A stretch of DNA of 64,000 nucleotides from a bacterium (lineage in GTDB: Bacteria > Electryoneota > JAOADG01), in contig OY820579.1 of assembly GCA_963681965.1 (NCBI GenBank), positions 3,616,001-3,680,000 of the forward strand, in the 5' to 3' direction. A program made the translations under genes and the position numbers. This document shows positions 39,115 through 48,773 of the stretch, in pieces. Positions within the stretch are counted from its first letter, which is position 1. Every line of letters starts with the position of its first letter. The notes beneath the pieces were generated by a model that saw only the letters and a program-made list of their open reading frames with translations, was not told the origin of the DNA and did no database searches.

Positions 39115-40712
39115 TCGGAGTGAAAAATATTTCCCGGCATTTCACTCTTTTCATTCTGCTCGCAGCTTTTCTAGTTCCGACGATTACAGTACTAGCGCAA
39201 TCGTCGACATCCTCTCCGCCTGACCGGTACTGGATCGAAACCGACCGCCAATACTGGCAATCGCATCGAGTATTGATCTCGCCCGACGACGATTCACCCC
39301 GTGCCAAACGACTGCGCCGTGAAGAACAAACGGTCTATTCTTACTCATTGAAACCGGAATATCAATCATTTTTGTTAGCGTGCGGAATCGATTCGATCGA
39401 GTGTATGCACTCGCTTCCCATCGCATTTATCGCGAGTACGAAACAAGCGCTGCAGCGGGCATCACAGCGCGATTCCCTGTTTAAGTCTCATCCATTGCAT
39501 CGTTATCAAGCGATTTCGGCAAAGTCGATTTCCGGCGGTGGTTCCGATTATGGTTCATCCTATGAACAATTGGCACCGCTCGGTATCCCCGAAGCGCAAG
39601 AGTGGGATGGATTGAGTGGAAATGGTGTGCTGATCGGGGTCTTAGACGACGGATTTATTCTCGAACACCGTAGTCTCAAATCGGTGAAGATCGCGGGATC
39701 ACGCAATTTTGTCGCTCCACTTCCCCCCTCGGCAAAGTGGTTCAAGAACGAACATCCCGGTGCGCACGGCACTGCGGTACTGTCACTAATGGCGGGATTC
39801 GATCCGGGAGTATATCACGGTGGTGCGCCGCAAGCATCTTATCTCCTGGCGCGCGTATTCGATGCCCGCAATCAACGCAACGATGACGAGCGCAGTTGGG
39901 TACGTGCAGTCGAGTGGTGTGAAGAAAATGGTGCGGAAATCATCACGTCGTCATTGACCTTCGATGAACCGAAACCACTCACCGATTCGCAGGAGCTATA
40001 TGCGCGTGTTGCTCGGGAAATCCGGCGTCGCGGCGTTATCCTGATCTGTTCTGCCGGCAACGAAGGACCGAAACCGGGATCGATCAATGCCCCTTCGACG
40101 GCTGCGTCGATCTGGTCGATTGCAGCACTCGATGCAGGTAATACCGTGGCGAAATTTTCCAGTCGCGGACCGACTGCCGACCACGCCTGCAAGCCGGAAT
40201 TTGCCGCGCAAGGCGACAATGTCGTGATTGCATCGCTCGATAGCGCCAGCGGCTACACGACCGGTGATGGTACCTCTTATGCGACACCGCTGGTGGCTGC
40301 GACTTTTGCGCTGTTACGCGAGGCGCACCCTGATTGGACGGCTGATAAAATCGAGGATGCGATGATCTCCTCATGTGAGCAAGCGGCTTCGCCGGATAAC
40401 GATCGCGGGTACGGCACACCGTGGTTGCCCGAAGCATTGCTGTATCCCATCGTTTCCGGACAGGTTCTCGTTACGGCACTGCAACCGATTCGCAATGCTT
40501 CCGTCCTGTTACTTCCAGTGCAATCGAACGATTCAATCTCTGCAGCGATGGTACAGACCGATTCCACCGGTCGCTTCGAATTCACGAATGTTGCCGATGG
40601 TACGTATCGAGTTTGGGTACCGCCGCTGCAAAATGTCTTTCCGATCCGTGAACTTATCATCCCCGGTTCGCATTACCTCGATCTTCGAATGCAGTTAGAT
40701 TCTCGAAAATGA
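39099..40712 (+). CDS. S8 (subtilisin-like) serine peptidase with C-terminal beta-sandwich domain
   Basis: Catalytic triad GVLDDG, HGTAV and GTSYATP, plus SAGNEG and FSSRGP. Signal peptide. C-terminal TDSTGRFEF..GTY. Confidence 0.9.
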   Translation: MVHQLIGVKNISRHFTLFILLAAFLVPTITVLAQSSTSSPPDRYWIETDRQYWQSHRVLISPDDDSPRAKRLRREEQTVYSYSLKPEYQSFLLACGIDSIECMHSLPIAFIASTKQALQRASQRDSLFKSHPLHRYQAISAKSISGGGSDYGSSYEQLAPLGIPEAQEWDGLSGNGVLIGVLDDGFILEHRSLKSVKIAGSRNFVAPLPPSAKWFKNEHPGAHGTAVLSLMAGFDPGVYHGGAPQASYLLARVFDARNQRNDDERSWVRAVEWCEENGAEIITSSLTFDEPKPLTDSQELYARVAREIRRRGVILICSAGNEGPKPGSINAPSTAASIWSIAALDAGNTVAKFSSRGPTADHACKPEFAAQGDNVVIASLDSASGYTTGDGTSYATPLVAATFALLREAHPDWTADKIEDAMISSCEQAASPDNDRGYGTPWLPEALLYPIVSGQVLVTALQPIRNASVLLLPVQSNDSISAAMVQTDSTGRFEFTNVADGTYRVWVPPLQNVFPIRELIIPGSHYLDLRMQLDSRK

Positions 40713-40722
40713 GTTTCTGTCG

Positions 40723-40993
40723 GTAGCGGCGAACTTTAGTTCGCGTATTTTTCTTCCGAAGCGGCGAATCATTGCGGTCGCACATCTCTCTTTTTCAGTA
40801 CTGCCGATCTCCGATTCGGCAATCATTTTCATACTAAAAAAAAGCGGACTAAAGTCCGCCGCTACCGTCTTTTCACACCCAAGACCTACCCCCCATCTTT
40901 GTGCAGGGTAGGGGCGGTTCGCGAACCGCCCGTGTCCATTGATGATACACAAATCAATACAGGATGCGGGCGGGCATGGGAGCCCGCCCCTAC
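40723..40993. repeat. REP-like palindrome cluster C, including an 86-bp REPIN-like element
   Basis: GTAGCGGCGAACTTTAGTTCGC and its inverse GCGGACTAAAGTCCGCCGCTAC, AGTACTGCCGATCTCCGATTCGGC, and GTAGGGGCGGTTCGCGAACCGCCC...GCCCGCCCCTAC (40908-40993). Confidence 0.8.
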
Positions 40994-41006
40994 TTCACAA
41001 TATGAA

Positions 41007-42266
41007 TTACTTCAACAACACAATCTTCTGCGTCTGGGAAAATGTTCCCGCATTCAACCTCACAAAATACGTTCCCGCCGCCAGACTCTTGCCTTCGAAA
41101 TGGAATGTGTATTCACCCGGATCCTGATTAAAATTCACCAGCGTCGCCACTTCTTTTCCAGTCACATCGTATACCCGAAGATCGACTTTAACACTCTTCG
41201 CAATCGCATATCGAAGCTCAGTCGTCGCATTGAATGGATTCGGATAATTCGGTTTCAGCGCGAATTTTGTCGGAATGGATTCGCTGGTGCGATCGACCAC
41301 ACCGAGTGCCTGCGAACAGTCGTAGATTCCAAAATTCGAGACGTCGGCGACATATACGTAATTACCGGAAGTACAAACCCCAACCGATGTACCGCGCGTA
41401 TCGTAGAAACCAATTTCATAAGGATGCGCGGGATTGCTGACATTGACGACACGGAGTCCGGAAGTATAATCTGCGATGTATACATAATTGCCCGAAATCG
41501 CAATACCATCCGCATCTCCGGGTGTATCGTAAAATCCTGTTTCGATAGGAGTCGCTGGATTTGAGATATTGATAATCCGTAAACCTGAACCACCATCTGC
41601 AACGTAGGCGTAATTTCCCGAAACGACGATACCGTTTGCCGAACCGGGAGTATCATAATATCCAGTCTCTGCGGGGTGTGCGCGGTCAGCGATATTAATG
41701 ATTCTTAAACCAGCAGTTCCACCTGCAACGAATGCGTAATTGCCCGAAATTGCAACGCTAACAGCAATTCCAGGGGTGATATATGAACCAACTGAAACCG
41801 GACTTGCTGCATTTCCGACATCGAGGATTCTTAAACCTAAACCACCGCAAGCAACATAAGCATAGCCCCCTGCTACCTTGACATCGTAAGCGACGAGCTG
41901 GGTCGTAAAGGAACCGATCTCGGTCGGATTAGCAGGATCGCTGATATTTACTACCCGTAATCCGCCATAAAAATCTGCAACGAATGCTATGTTATTGTTG
42001 ATTGCGACACCGTCTGCCGTACCGGGAGTATCGAAATCGCTTATCTCATCGGGATTGGTTGGATCGGAAACATTGATAATACGCAATCCGGAATAACCAC
42101 CTCCGACAAAAGCATAATTTCCCTGAACCAACACATTGACGATTCCATTCTCAGTGTAATTGATCACCCCGACACGACGGACATTCGAGCTGTCTTGTGA
42201 CCATCCCAAAGTGCTCGATATGAGAAGAACTAAACATACAAGTAGTAACTTTCGCAACGGATTCAT
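41007..42266 (-). CDS. LVIVD-repeat protein with T9SS-like C-terminal domain
   Basis: Signal peptide, about 7 repeats of GNYAYVAD..GLRIINIS.P..P, and CTD NYPNPFN..GTYFVRL..KIVLLK. Confidence 0.9.
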   Translation of the reverse strand: MNPLRKLLLVCLVLLISSTLGWSQDSSNVRRVGVINYTENGIVNVLVQGNYAFVGGGYSGLRIINVSDPTNPDEISDFDTPGTADGVAINNNIAFVADFYGGLRVVNISDPANPTEIGSFTTQLVAYDVKVAGGYAYVACGGLGLRILDVGNAASPVSVGSYITPGIAVSVAISGNYAFVAGGTAGLRIINIADRAHPAETGYYDTPGSANGIVVSGNYAYVADGGSGLRIINISNPATPIETGFYDTPGDADGIAISGNYVYIADYTSGLRVVNVSNPAHPYEIGFYDTRGTSVGVCTSGNYVYVADVSNFGIYDCSQALGVVDRTSESIPTKFALKPNYPNPFNATTELRYAIAKSVKVDLRVYDVTGKEVATLVNFNQDPGEYTFHFEGKSLAAGTYFVRLNAGTFSQTQKIVLLK

Positions 42267-42479
42267 GGTTAACCCCTTAAGAATCAGTTAATGAAGTGAT
42301 TATTACTGATATGAACTAGACTTATAAAGTCGAAAGTATCAATGGTTTGTTGATTTAGCAAGCATTTTTTTTCATATACAAATAATTCTTCAATTTCTGA
42401 CAGATCAAACAATCGAGTACAAAGAAAAAACTGGCAATCCTTTGCCAGCCTCACGATTGAAAAATTTTGGAAGTCCAAT

Positions 42480-44594
42480 TTACTTCAACAACATGATCTT
42501 CTGCGTCTGGGAATATGTCCCCGCATTCAACCTCACAAAATACGTTCCCGCCGCCAGACTCTTGCCTTCGAAATGGAAGGTGTAATCGCCGGGATCCTGA
42601 TTAAAATTCACCAGCGTCGCGATTTCTTTACCAGTCACATCGAACACCCGCAGATCAACCTTTCCACTCTTCGCAATCGTATACCGAAGTTCAGTCGTCG
42701 CATTGAATGGATTCGGATAATTCGGCTTCAGCGAGAATTTTGTCGGAATGGATTCGCTGGTGCGATCGACCACACCGAGTGCCTGCGAACAGTCGTAGAT
42801 ACCGAATTCCTGACCCGATGAAACGAATGCGTTCCGACCGGACAGTGCGACACCATAGGTATAATCTTGTGTTTTGTAGTAACCGACCAAAACAGGAGTG
42901 GCGGGTCGGCTGATGTTGAAAACCTGCAATCCACTATAATTTGTGATGTAGGCATAATTACCGGATACAGCGACACTGATAGCATAGCTTGAATTGGTGC
43001 TATTTCCAATGATCGCTGGCGATGCCGGATTCGCGATATTGCAAATGATTAATCCTCTTCCATAGCTGGCAACATAAGCGTAATTGCCGACAACAGCCAC
43101 ATCATACGCGGTACTTTGTAATCCATAAGTTACAACCAATGAAGGGGAGGCAGGGTTGCTGATGTTGATTATTTTCAGACCATCAAAATAATCAGCAATA
43201 TAGGCGTAATTACCGGAGATACTGACCCCGCGAAAACTGCTGGAGGCAAATAAACTGACTTGTTGTGGTACGTTGGGAATGGTGATATCGATGATACGCA
43301 ATCCCATTTCGTCATCGACTACGTAGGCATAATTACCGGATACCGCTACTTTGAAGGAATAGCCTCCCGAATTGAGGGATCCGATTTCAGATGGCTCGGT
43401 GGGATCGGAAATATCAATCACCCGTAATCCCGAATCCGCAGCGGCAACGTAGGCATAATTACCTGATAGCGCTACATCCAATGCAGTGTTGGGAAGGTAA
43501 CATGATCCCATCTGCGATATGATTGAAGGATTGGTGATATTGAAAATCCGCAGCCCACCCAATCCATCCGCAAGATAGGCGTAGTCGCCGGACATTGCGC
43601 TCCGATGGGCATAACCTGGGACACAAAATTCTCCCGCATGTGTGGGAGTCGATGGATTGGTAATGTTGAGAATCTGTAAACCGTAATAATAGTCGGCTAC
43701 ATAGGCATAATTGTCGGAGATTGCGATACCACTGACTAAATTAGGTGTATTGTACATTCCTACTTGTGTAGGCACTGCCGGATTGGCAACATTGACGATT
43801 CGTACGATCGAAGAATCTGTTGAAAGATAAACATAGTTACCGGAAATCGTCACACAATCTGAGCGAAATCGAGTTGAAAAGGTTCCAGTTGAAATAGGTC
43901 GGGACGGATTGTTGATATCGAGAATGCGTAATCCGACAGACCCATCTACGGTGTAAGCGTAATTACCCGAAACAACCACTCGATGACATGATGAATTGTA
44001 GACTCCGACTTGGGTCGGTACGGCGGGATTGGCAACATTGAGTATTCTCAAGCTGGTCATATCGGCAACGTATGCTAAGTTGCCGACAACCGTAACATCC
44101 ATTGCATTATCCGGCGTATCGTAGAATCCTGTTAGAACTGGCGATTCCGGATTCGTTATATCGACAATCTGTAATCCCGAATCCGACGCAGCGATATAGG
44201 CATAATGACCGGCAACATCCAATCCTTTGGCAAGGCGTGGAATGAGCAGAGATCCGACTTGAACCGGAGCTGCGGGATTCTCAATGTTGATAATCTTCAA
44301 TCCTGCAAAGCCATCGGCGATATACGCATAGTTTCCCGATACGGCAATGTCTTCGGCACAACCGGGTAAATAGAGATATCCAATTTGTGACGGAGTCGCT
44401 GGATCGGTGATATCGACAATTCGCAGACCGGCGTATCGATCTGCGAGATACGCATAATTACCCTGCACTACCACACTGACCGACGCGGTATGCCAGAACC
44501 GGCTGAGGCAACTAACATTCGAACTATCCTGCGCGAAGGCGAGGGAAGCAATGAAGAACAGGCAAAGCGACAATAACCGGTGTGAGTGTCTCAT
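42480..44594 (-). CDS. LVIVD-repeat protein with T9SS-like C-terminal domain (longer paralog)
   Basis: ATG 44594 behind AAAGGA. About 14 LVIVD repeats. CTD nearly identical to the neighbour's. Confidence 0.9.
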   Translation of the reverse strand: MRHSHRLLSLCLFFIASLAFAQDSSNVSCLSRFWHTASVSVVVQGNYAYLADRYAGLRIVDITDPATPSQIGYLYLPGCAEDIAVSGNYAYIADGFAGLKIINIENPAAPVQVGSLLIPRLAKGLDVAGHYAYIAASDSGLQIVDITNPESPVLTGFYDTPDNAMDVTVVGNLAYVADMTSLRILNVANPAVPTQVGVYNSSCHRVVVSGNYAYTVDGSVGLRILDINNPSRPISTGTFSTRFRSDCVTISGNYVYLSTDSSIVRIVNVANPAVPTQVGMYNTPNLVSGIAISDNYAYVADYYYGLQILNITNPSTPTHAGEFCVPGYAHRSAMSGDYAYLADGLGGLRIFNITNPSIISQMGSCYLPNTALDVALSGNYAYVAAADSGLRVIDISDPTEPSEIGSLNSGGYSFKVAVSGNYAYVVDDEMGLRIIDITIPNVPQQVSLFASSSFRGVSISGNYAYIADYFDGLKIINISNPASPSLVVTYGLQSTAYDVAVVGNYAYVASYGRGLIICNIANPASPAIIGNSTNSSYAISVAVSGNYAYITNYSGLQVFNISRPATPVLVGYYKTQDYTYGVALSGRNAFVSSGQEFGIYDCSQALGVVDRTSESIPTKFSLKPNYPNPFNATTELRYTIAKSGKVDLRVFDVTGKEIATLVNFNQDPGDYTFHFEGKSLAAGTYFVRLNAGTYSQTQKIMLLK

Positions 44595-44748
44595 AACCGA
44601 TCCTTTCGGAAGCAAGCAAAGTGCGGGTAAATAGATGTCTCAATAAGGTATCGATGATCAATAATTAGTGCAACACAAAATCAATAAATACGAAAATAAT
44701 TCAAAAAGAGGTCAAGCATTCGCCTAACCTCCGTTTTCTCTTTCTTTT

Positions 44749-45540
44749 GTAGCCGCAGACTTTAGCCTGCGTTCTGGATCCTGTATCCTTTAGTAGGGGC
44801 GACCCTCTGCGGTCACCCGCTCATGTATTCTTCTTTTGTATCATGTATCCTGATCTGTCGTTGCGAACGCGCCGTAAGGTGCATGTGGCAACCTTCTCTT
44901 TTTTATTCTTTTCGGACACAAGAGGAGTCGGAATAAATTCCGACCTCCTTCACGACACAAGGTAGGGGCGGTTCGCGAACCGCCCGTGTCCTTTGATGAT
45001 ACACAAATCGATATCGGATACGGACGGGCGTGGGAGCCCGCCACTACTGCAGGAGACAGGAAAAAAAGATACAAAATTGGGCGTATGCGATACGCCCCTA
45101 CAGAATAACAAAAAGCGAACTAAAGTCCGCAGCTACCAAAAACGCAGGCTTCTGTCTGCATTTTTTTATTCTTTATCCTGAAGTAGGGGGGCATCCCCGC
45201 ATGCCCTCGTTCTTGTATTTTCTCGTCATTTCCCAATCCCCAACACCTACTCCCACAATCCCATTTTTTAGTAGGGGCGGTTCGCGAACCGCCCGTTCTT
45301 GTTTCTATTTTGTCAATCATTTGTAAAATTAAAATGCCCAATCGGTGTTGGGCAGTACTACAAGAAAAGGACACAAGAGGAGTCGGAACAAATTCCGACC
45401 TACTTCAGGACACAGAAGGCGGTCAGAACAAGTTCTGACCTACCGCAATACGATCGTTACCATCTTTACCCATCACCCAACACCTACCACCCAACCCCTA
45501 TCTTTTCCCATCACCCACCACCTACCACCCAACACCCATT
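44749..45540. repeat. Large mosaic of REP-like palindromes (cluster B)
   Basis: About a dozen hairpins of several distinct families, many with GTAG/CTAC ends. Includes an 86-bp REPIN-like copy at 44962-45047 and two GGAGTCGGAA..TTCCGACC copies. Confidence 0.85.
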
Positions 45541-45542
45541 TG

Positions 45543-48500
45543 TTAGAATTCTGTTCCCAGCGAGATATAATGCTCCGGTCCTTTCGTCGTCAGCCAGTCG
45601 GAATTCCACGCCACATCGTACTTCAAAATCGCAAATCCCAACGATGCCCGTGCTCCGAACCCAAACCCGAATTTCATATCCTTTAGTTGCGTCGCACCAC
45701 TCTCGGTTACGATCGCACCGCGGAATCGATCGTTATCCCACGTGCCGCCCGCATCGATGAAACTGGAGCCGCGAATATTTCCGATATACGCCGGTAGTGG
45801 AAATCCCAGCGCCAGCATCCGGATCAGCGGATAGCGGAATTCAGCATTGAACAACCCGTACCGCGTACCGGACACATCGTATAAATCGAGACCGCGCAAC
45901 GGTGTCACCTGTGTACTGAAAAAGACATTGTCGACATCGCGCACGAACTGGGAATTCTTCACGGTACGATTGAGCGAATTCGCTTCGCCACCGATAAAGA
46001 ATCGTTGCGCCGACTTCCCTTCGGATGCACCACCCGACAACCGCAGTGCCACGCCGTAATCGCGATTAATTCGGATGTACCGCCGGTAATCGCCCATCAC
46101 CGTTTTGAAATCCATCCCCCACTTCGTGCCGTTCTTCTTCCCGGTGTTATCTTGAAATGCGGGAGACCAATACGCCTCGATTCGGTAACGTTCTCCCGTC
46201 GCCGGTCCGGCATAGCCCCACACCGAGTTATCTTTTACGAAGGCGATACCGGGCATCAACACGTGTCGGGATGCCAAAGTCACATAGTCATTTTCGTCGA
46301 GGGTAAATCGCGAGCGAATGATATTGATGTAATTCGCCGACAAATTGAATCGCATGTACTTCGTCAAGGGATATTGCGCAACTGCCACAACGCCGTAACT
46401 CCGGTCGCGCGTCCAATTGTAGTTGAAGAAAAAGACATTGTGGAATCCACCAATACCGTAATCGATCCGGTGTGGTAGATAGTAATACATCGCATTGATG
46501 TTGGTGTTCTCGATGTCGTAGTATAAATCGGTGGCAATTTCGATGACATGATTTCCCAGCACATCGGACAGCATGAACTGCCCCATCCCCTGAAATCCCG
46601 CTAGACTGGAATATCCGGCATTTGCAAACAGCAGATCGGGTGAAATCCGTACCTTGTATTTATTCACTGTAAAGACCGTCTGCGTATCGGCAACTACAGT
46701 GTCGATCTTAACCGGCGTCGTGTTGGCTTTTTTCAATTCTTCCTGTTTAAATTTCTTGTATCGCTCGGAACCAGTTCGTAAATCGTCGAACACATAATTC
46801 GATAACGAGACTGGTTGCGGTTCGGAAATCGTATCCGCTACACTCTTTTTCAACGTTGCCGGGTCAACCGGATAGGTTCGATTCATCGCCCGGAACGGAG
46901 TGTCCGGCGGATCTTTCCACTGCGGTTTCGACAACGGTGTCGACATCATGTAGATGTCGTAACCCTGCCGGTAAAATGACGCAAATGCGATCGAGCGCTG
47001 ATTACTGATCGACGGTTGAAAGATCCCGGTCAAGACATTCGTCAACGCTTTGGAGGATTTATCCGGCAGCGCAAATCGATACAAATTGGCGATACCGGTT
47101 CGATTGGAAACATACAGAAATGCCGAATCGCCGGGAATCCAGACCGGACTGCGCGCGACCGCTCCATCGTGCGTCAGCCGCTCGATTTGTTTCGATGCGA
47201 GATCAATCCGGTATATCTCGAAATATTGCAATGGCTCTTTGGAAATTCCCCGCCGAAATCCTATCGCTTTCGTCGCAACACTATCGGCGCGATCCGAGGT
47301 AAATAGCAACGATTTCGAATCGGGCGACCAACTCGGTTCGAAATCGGTATAAACATCGTTGATCAACCGATGAATCACACCATCGGCAATACAAAAATAA
47401 TAAAGATCGCAGACGCCGTCTTTCCAACCTTGAAACGCTATCATCTTGCCGTCAGGCGACCAACAGGGACTAAATACCCCATCCAGATCGAACATAAATT
47501 CATGCTCGACCTTCCCATTGCGCGTGTCGAGTGTATAGATCGCATCTTTACCGTGTGCCTTTGCCCCAAAGGTGATGTAGGTTCCGGTCGGATCCCAACT
47601 AATGCTTGATTGTAGCCAGTGCATCTCTTCGAAATTGCTGTTCCGCTCGCCACTCACCAATCGCGAAATAATTTTACCGTCGTACGCATTCATTAGATAG
47701 ATATCGAAGTAATCCGATCGATCGGAGAGAAATGCAATCCGGTCGCCTTGCGGTGACAGCGATGGTGCGTTATTGACGAAACTCTCCTGCTTTTTGTGAT
47801 CGGTCAACGGCATCGCGAAATCGGTTGGTGCATCCAGTTTCGCGCCGCTCTTCCACTGTTCGTTCTTGACCCATTTGAGCCAGCGTTCCGACAATTCTTT
47901 AGTATCGATACCGAGTGCCGAACGAACACCACGATCGAAATCGCGATATCGCGGTACTCGGTCGATCAATTCGGATACTTTCTCTTTCCCGTATTTCTGC
48001 TCGAGGAACCAGAAAACCGATTGTCCCCCTTTGTAATCGAGATATCCGCCGAATTGATCGATCGACGGCAACCAATCGTTCACCACGGCATCACGCAAGA
48101 ACATGTCAGCTTCGGTGTCCCATCCGAACCGCGCTTGATATTCAGCCAACCCTTCAGTATACCAGAGCGGAATCGGCATTCGACTCACGCCATTGATGAT
48201 GCTCTGGATTCCGTGTCCGTAATATTTCCGCAACATGATCGCGTGCGTCAATTCATGATGCACTACGTGTCGGTATTTTTCCCAATTCCCCTCGTACGGT
48301 ATCACCACCCGCGATTTCAGGAATTCGGTAAAGCCACCCGTCGATTCACCCGGCGATTCGGTCGAGACATTGGTCTCCTGAAATTGATTGTGGGAAACAT
48401 GCGTCAGAATCGAAATCCGGTCGTCTTTATCCAATTCGAACTTCATGTTGGCAGAAAGGAAACGGTAGGCTAATTCGGCGTAATCAGCCGTTGCAACACC

Positions 48501-48689
48501 TAGATTGTAATTGCTGTCGGGAAAGAAGATTTCAAAATGCTTCGTTTTAATCGTCGACCAGTGAGTCGTGCCATACTGCACTTTATTCTGTCCGAATTGC
48601 GCCTGAACAAGTAACGGCAACAACAAACCGACGAACACCGAAATACGTGCAATCGTCCCTAACAGAAATATTTTTCGATTTCTACTCAT
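45543..48689 (-). CDS. Zn-metallopeptidase (HExxH) + PD40 beta-propeller + Omp85-type barrel protein
   Basis: Signal peptide ending AQFGQNK. HELTH..EGLAE, several P.WSPDG repeats, PLRG..NAEFRYP and C-terminal SLGTEF. Start moved to ATG 48689. Confidence 0.85.
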   Translation of the reverse strand: MSRNRKIFLLGTIARISVFVGLLLPLLVQAQFGQNKVQYGTTHWSTIKTKHFEIFFPDSNYNLGVATADYAELAYRFLSANMKFELDKDDRISILTHVSHNQFQETNVSTESPGESTGGFTEFLKSRVVIPYEGNWEKYRHVVHHELTHAIMLRKYYGHGIQSIINGVSRMPIPLWYTEGLAEYQARFGWDTEADMFLRDAVVNDWLPSIDQFGGYLDYKGGQSVFWFLEQKYGKEKVSELIDRVPRYRDFDRGVRSALGIDTKELSERWLKWVKNEQWKSGAKLDAPTDFAMPLTDHKKQESFVNNAPSLSPQGDRIAFLSDRSDYFDIYLMNAYDGKIISRLVSGERNSNFEEMHWLQSSISWDPTGTYITFGAKAHGKDAIYTLDTRNGKVEHEFMFDLDGVFSPCWSPDGKMIAFQGWKDGVCDLYYFCIADGVIHRLINDVYTDFEPSWSPDSKSLLFTSDRADSVATKAIGFRRGISKEPLQYFEIYRIDLASKQIERLTHDGAVARSPVWIPGDSAFLYVSNRTGIANLYRFALPDKSSKALTNVLTGIFQPSISNQRSIAFASFYRQGYDIYMMSTPLSKPQWKDPPDTPFRAMNRTYPVDPATLKKSVADTISEPQPVSLSNYVFDDLRTGSERYKKFKQEELKKANTTPVKIDTVVADTQTVFTVNKYKVRISPDLLFANAGYSSLAGFQGMGQFMLSDVLGNHVIEIATDLYYDIENTNINAMYYYLPHRIDYGIGGFHNVFFFNYNWTRDRSYGVVAVAQYPLTKYMRFNLSANYINIIRSRFTLDENDYVTLASRHVLMPGIAFVKDNSVWGYAGPATGERYRIEAYWSPAFQDNTGKKNGTKWGMDFKTVMGDYRRYIRINRDYGVALRLSGGASEGKSAQRFFIGGEANSLNRTVKNSQFVRDVDNVFFSTQVTPLRGLDLYDVSGTRYGLFNAEFRYPLIRMLALGFPLPAYIGNIRGSSFIDAGGTWDNDRFRGAIVTESGATQLKDMKFGFGFGARASLGFAILKYDVAWNSDWLTTKGPEHYISLGTEF

Positions 48690-48773
48690 AGCATTCTCGC
48701 TTGCGTCGTTTCGCTGTTCACTTTCGGTTCTGGATATCCATCCCGAGTTCAAGATACATTCCGATCAATCGAT

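Noticed and set aside
41007-42803. Diversity-generating retroelement TR/VR pair
   Set aside because: Both copies are coding 3' ends, mismatches are not adenine-specific, and no reverse transcriptase is in the window.
44841-45760. Short ORFs in the REP mosaic (and similar ones at 18647, 40695, 58880, 58945, 60498)
   Set aside because: They are translations of palindromic repeat DNA (e.g. GGSRTAP) with no RBS or protein-like composition.
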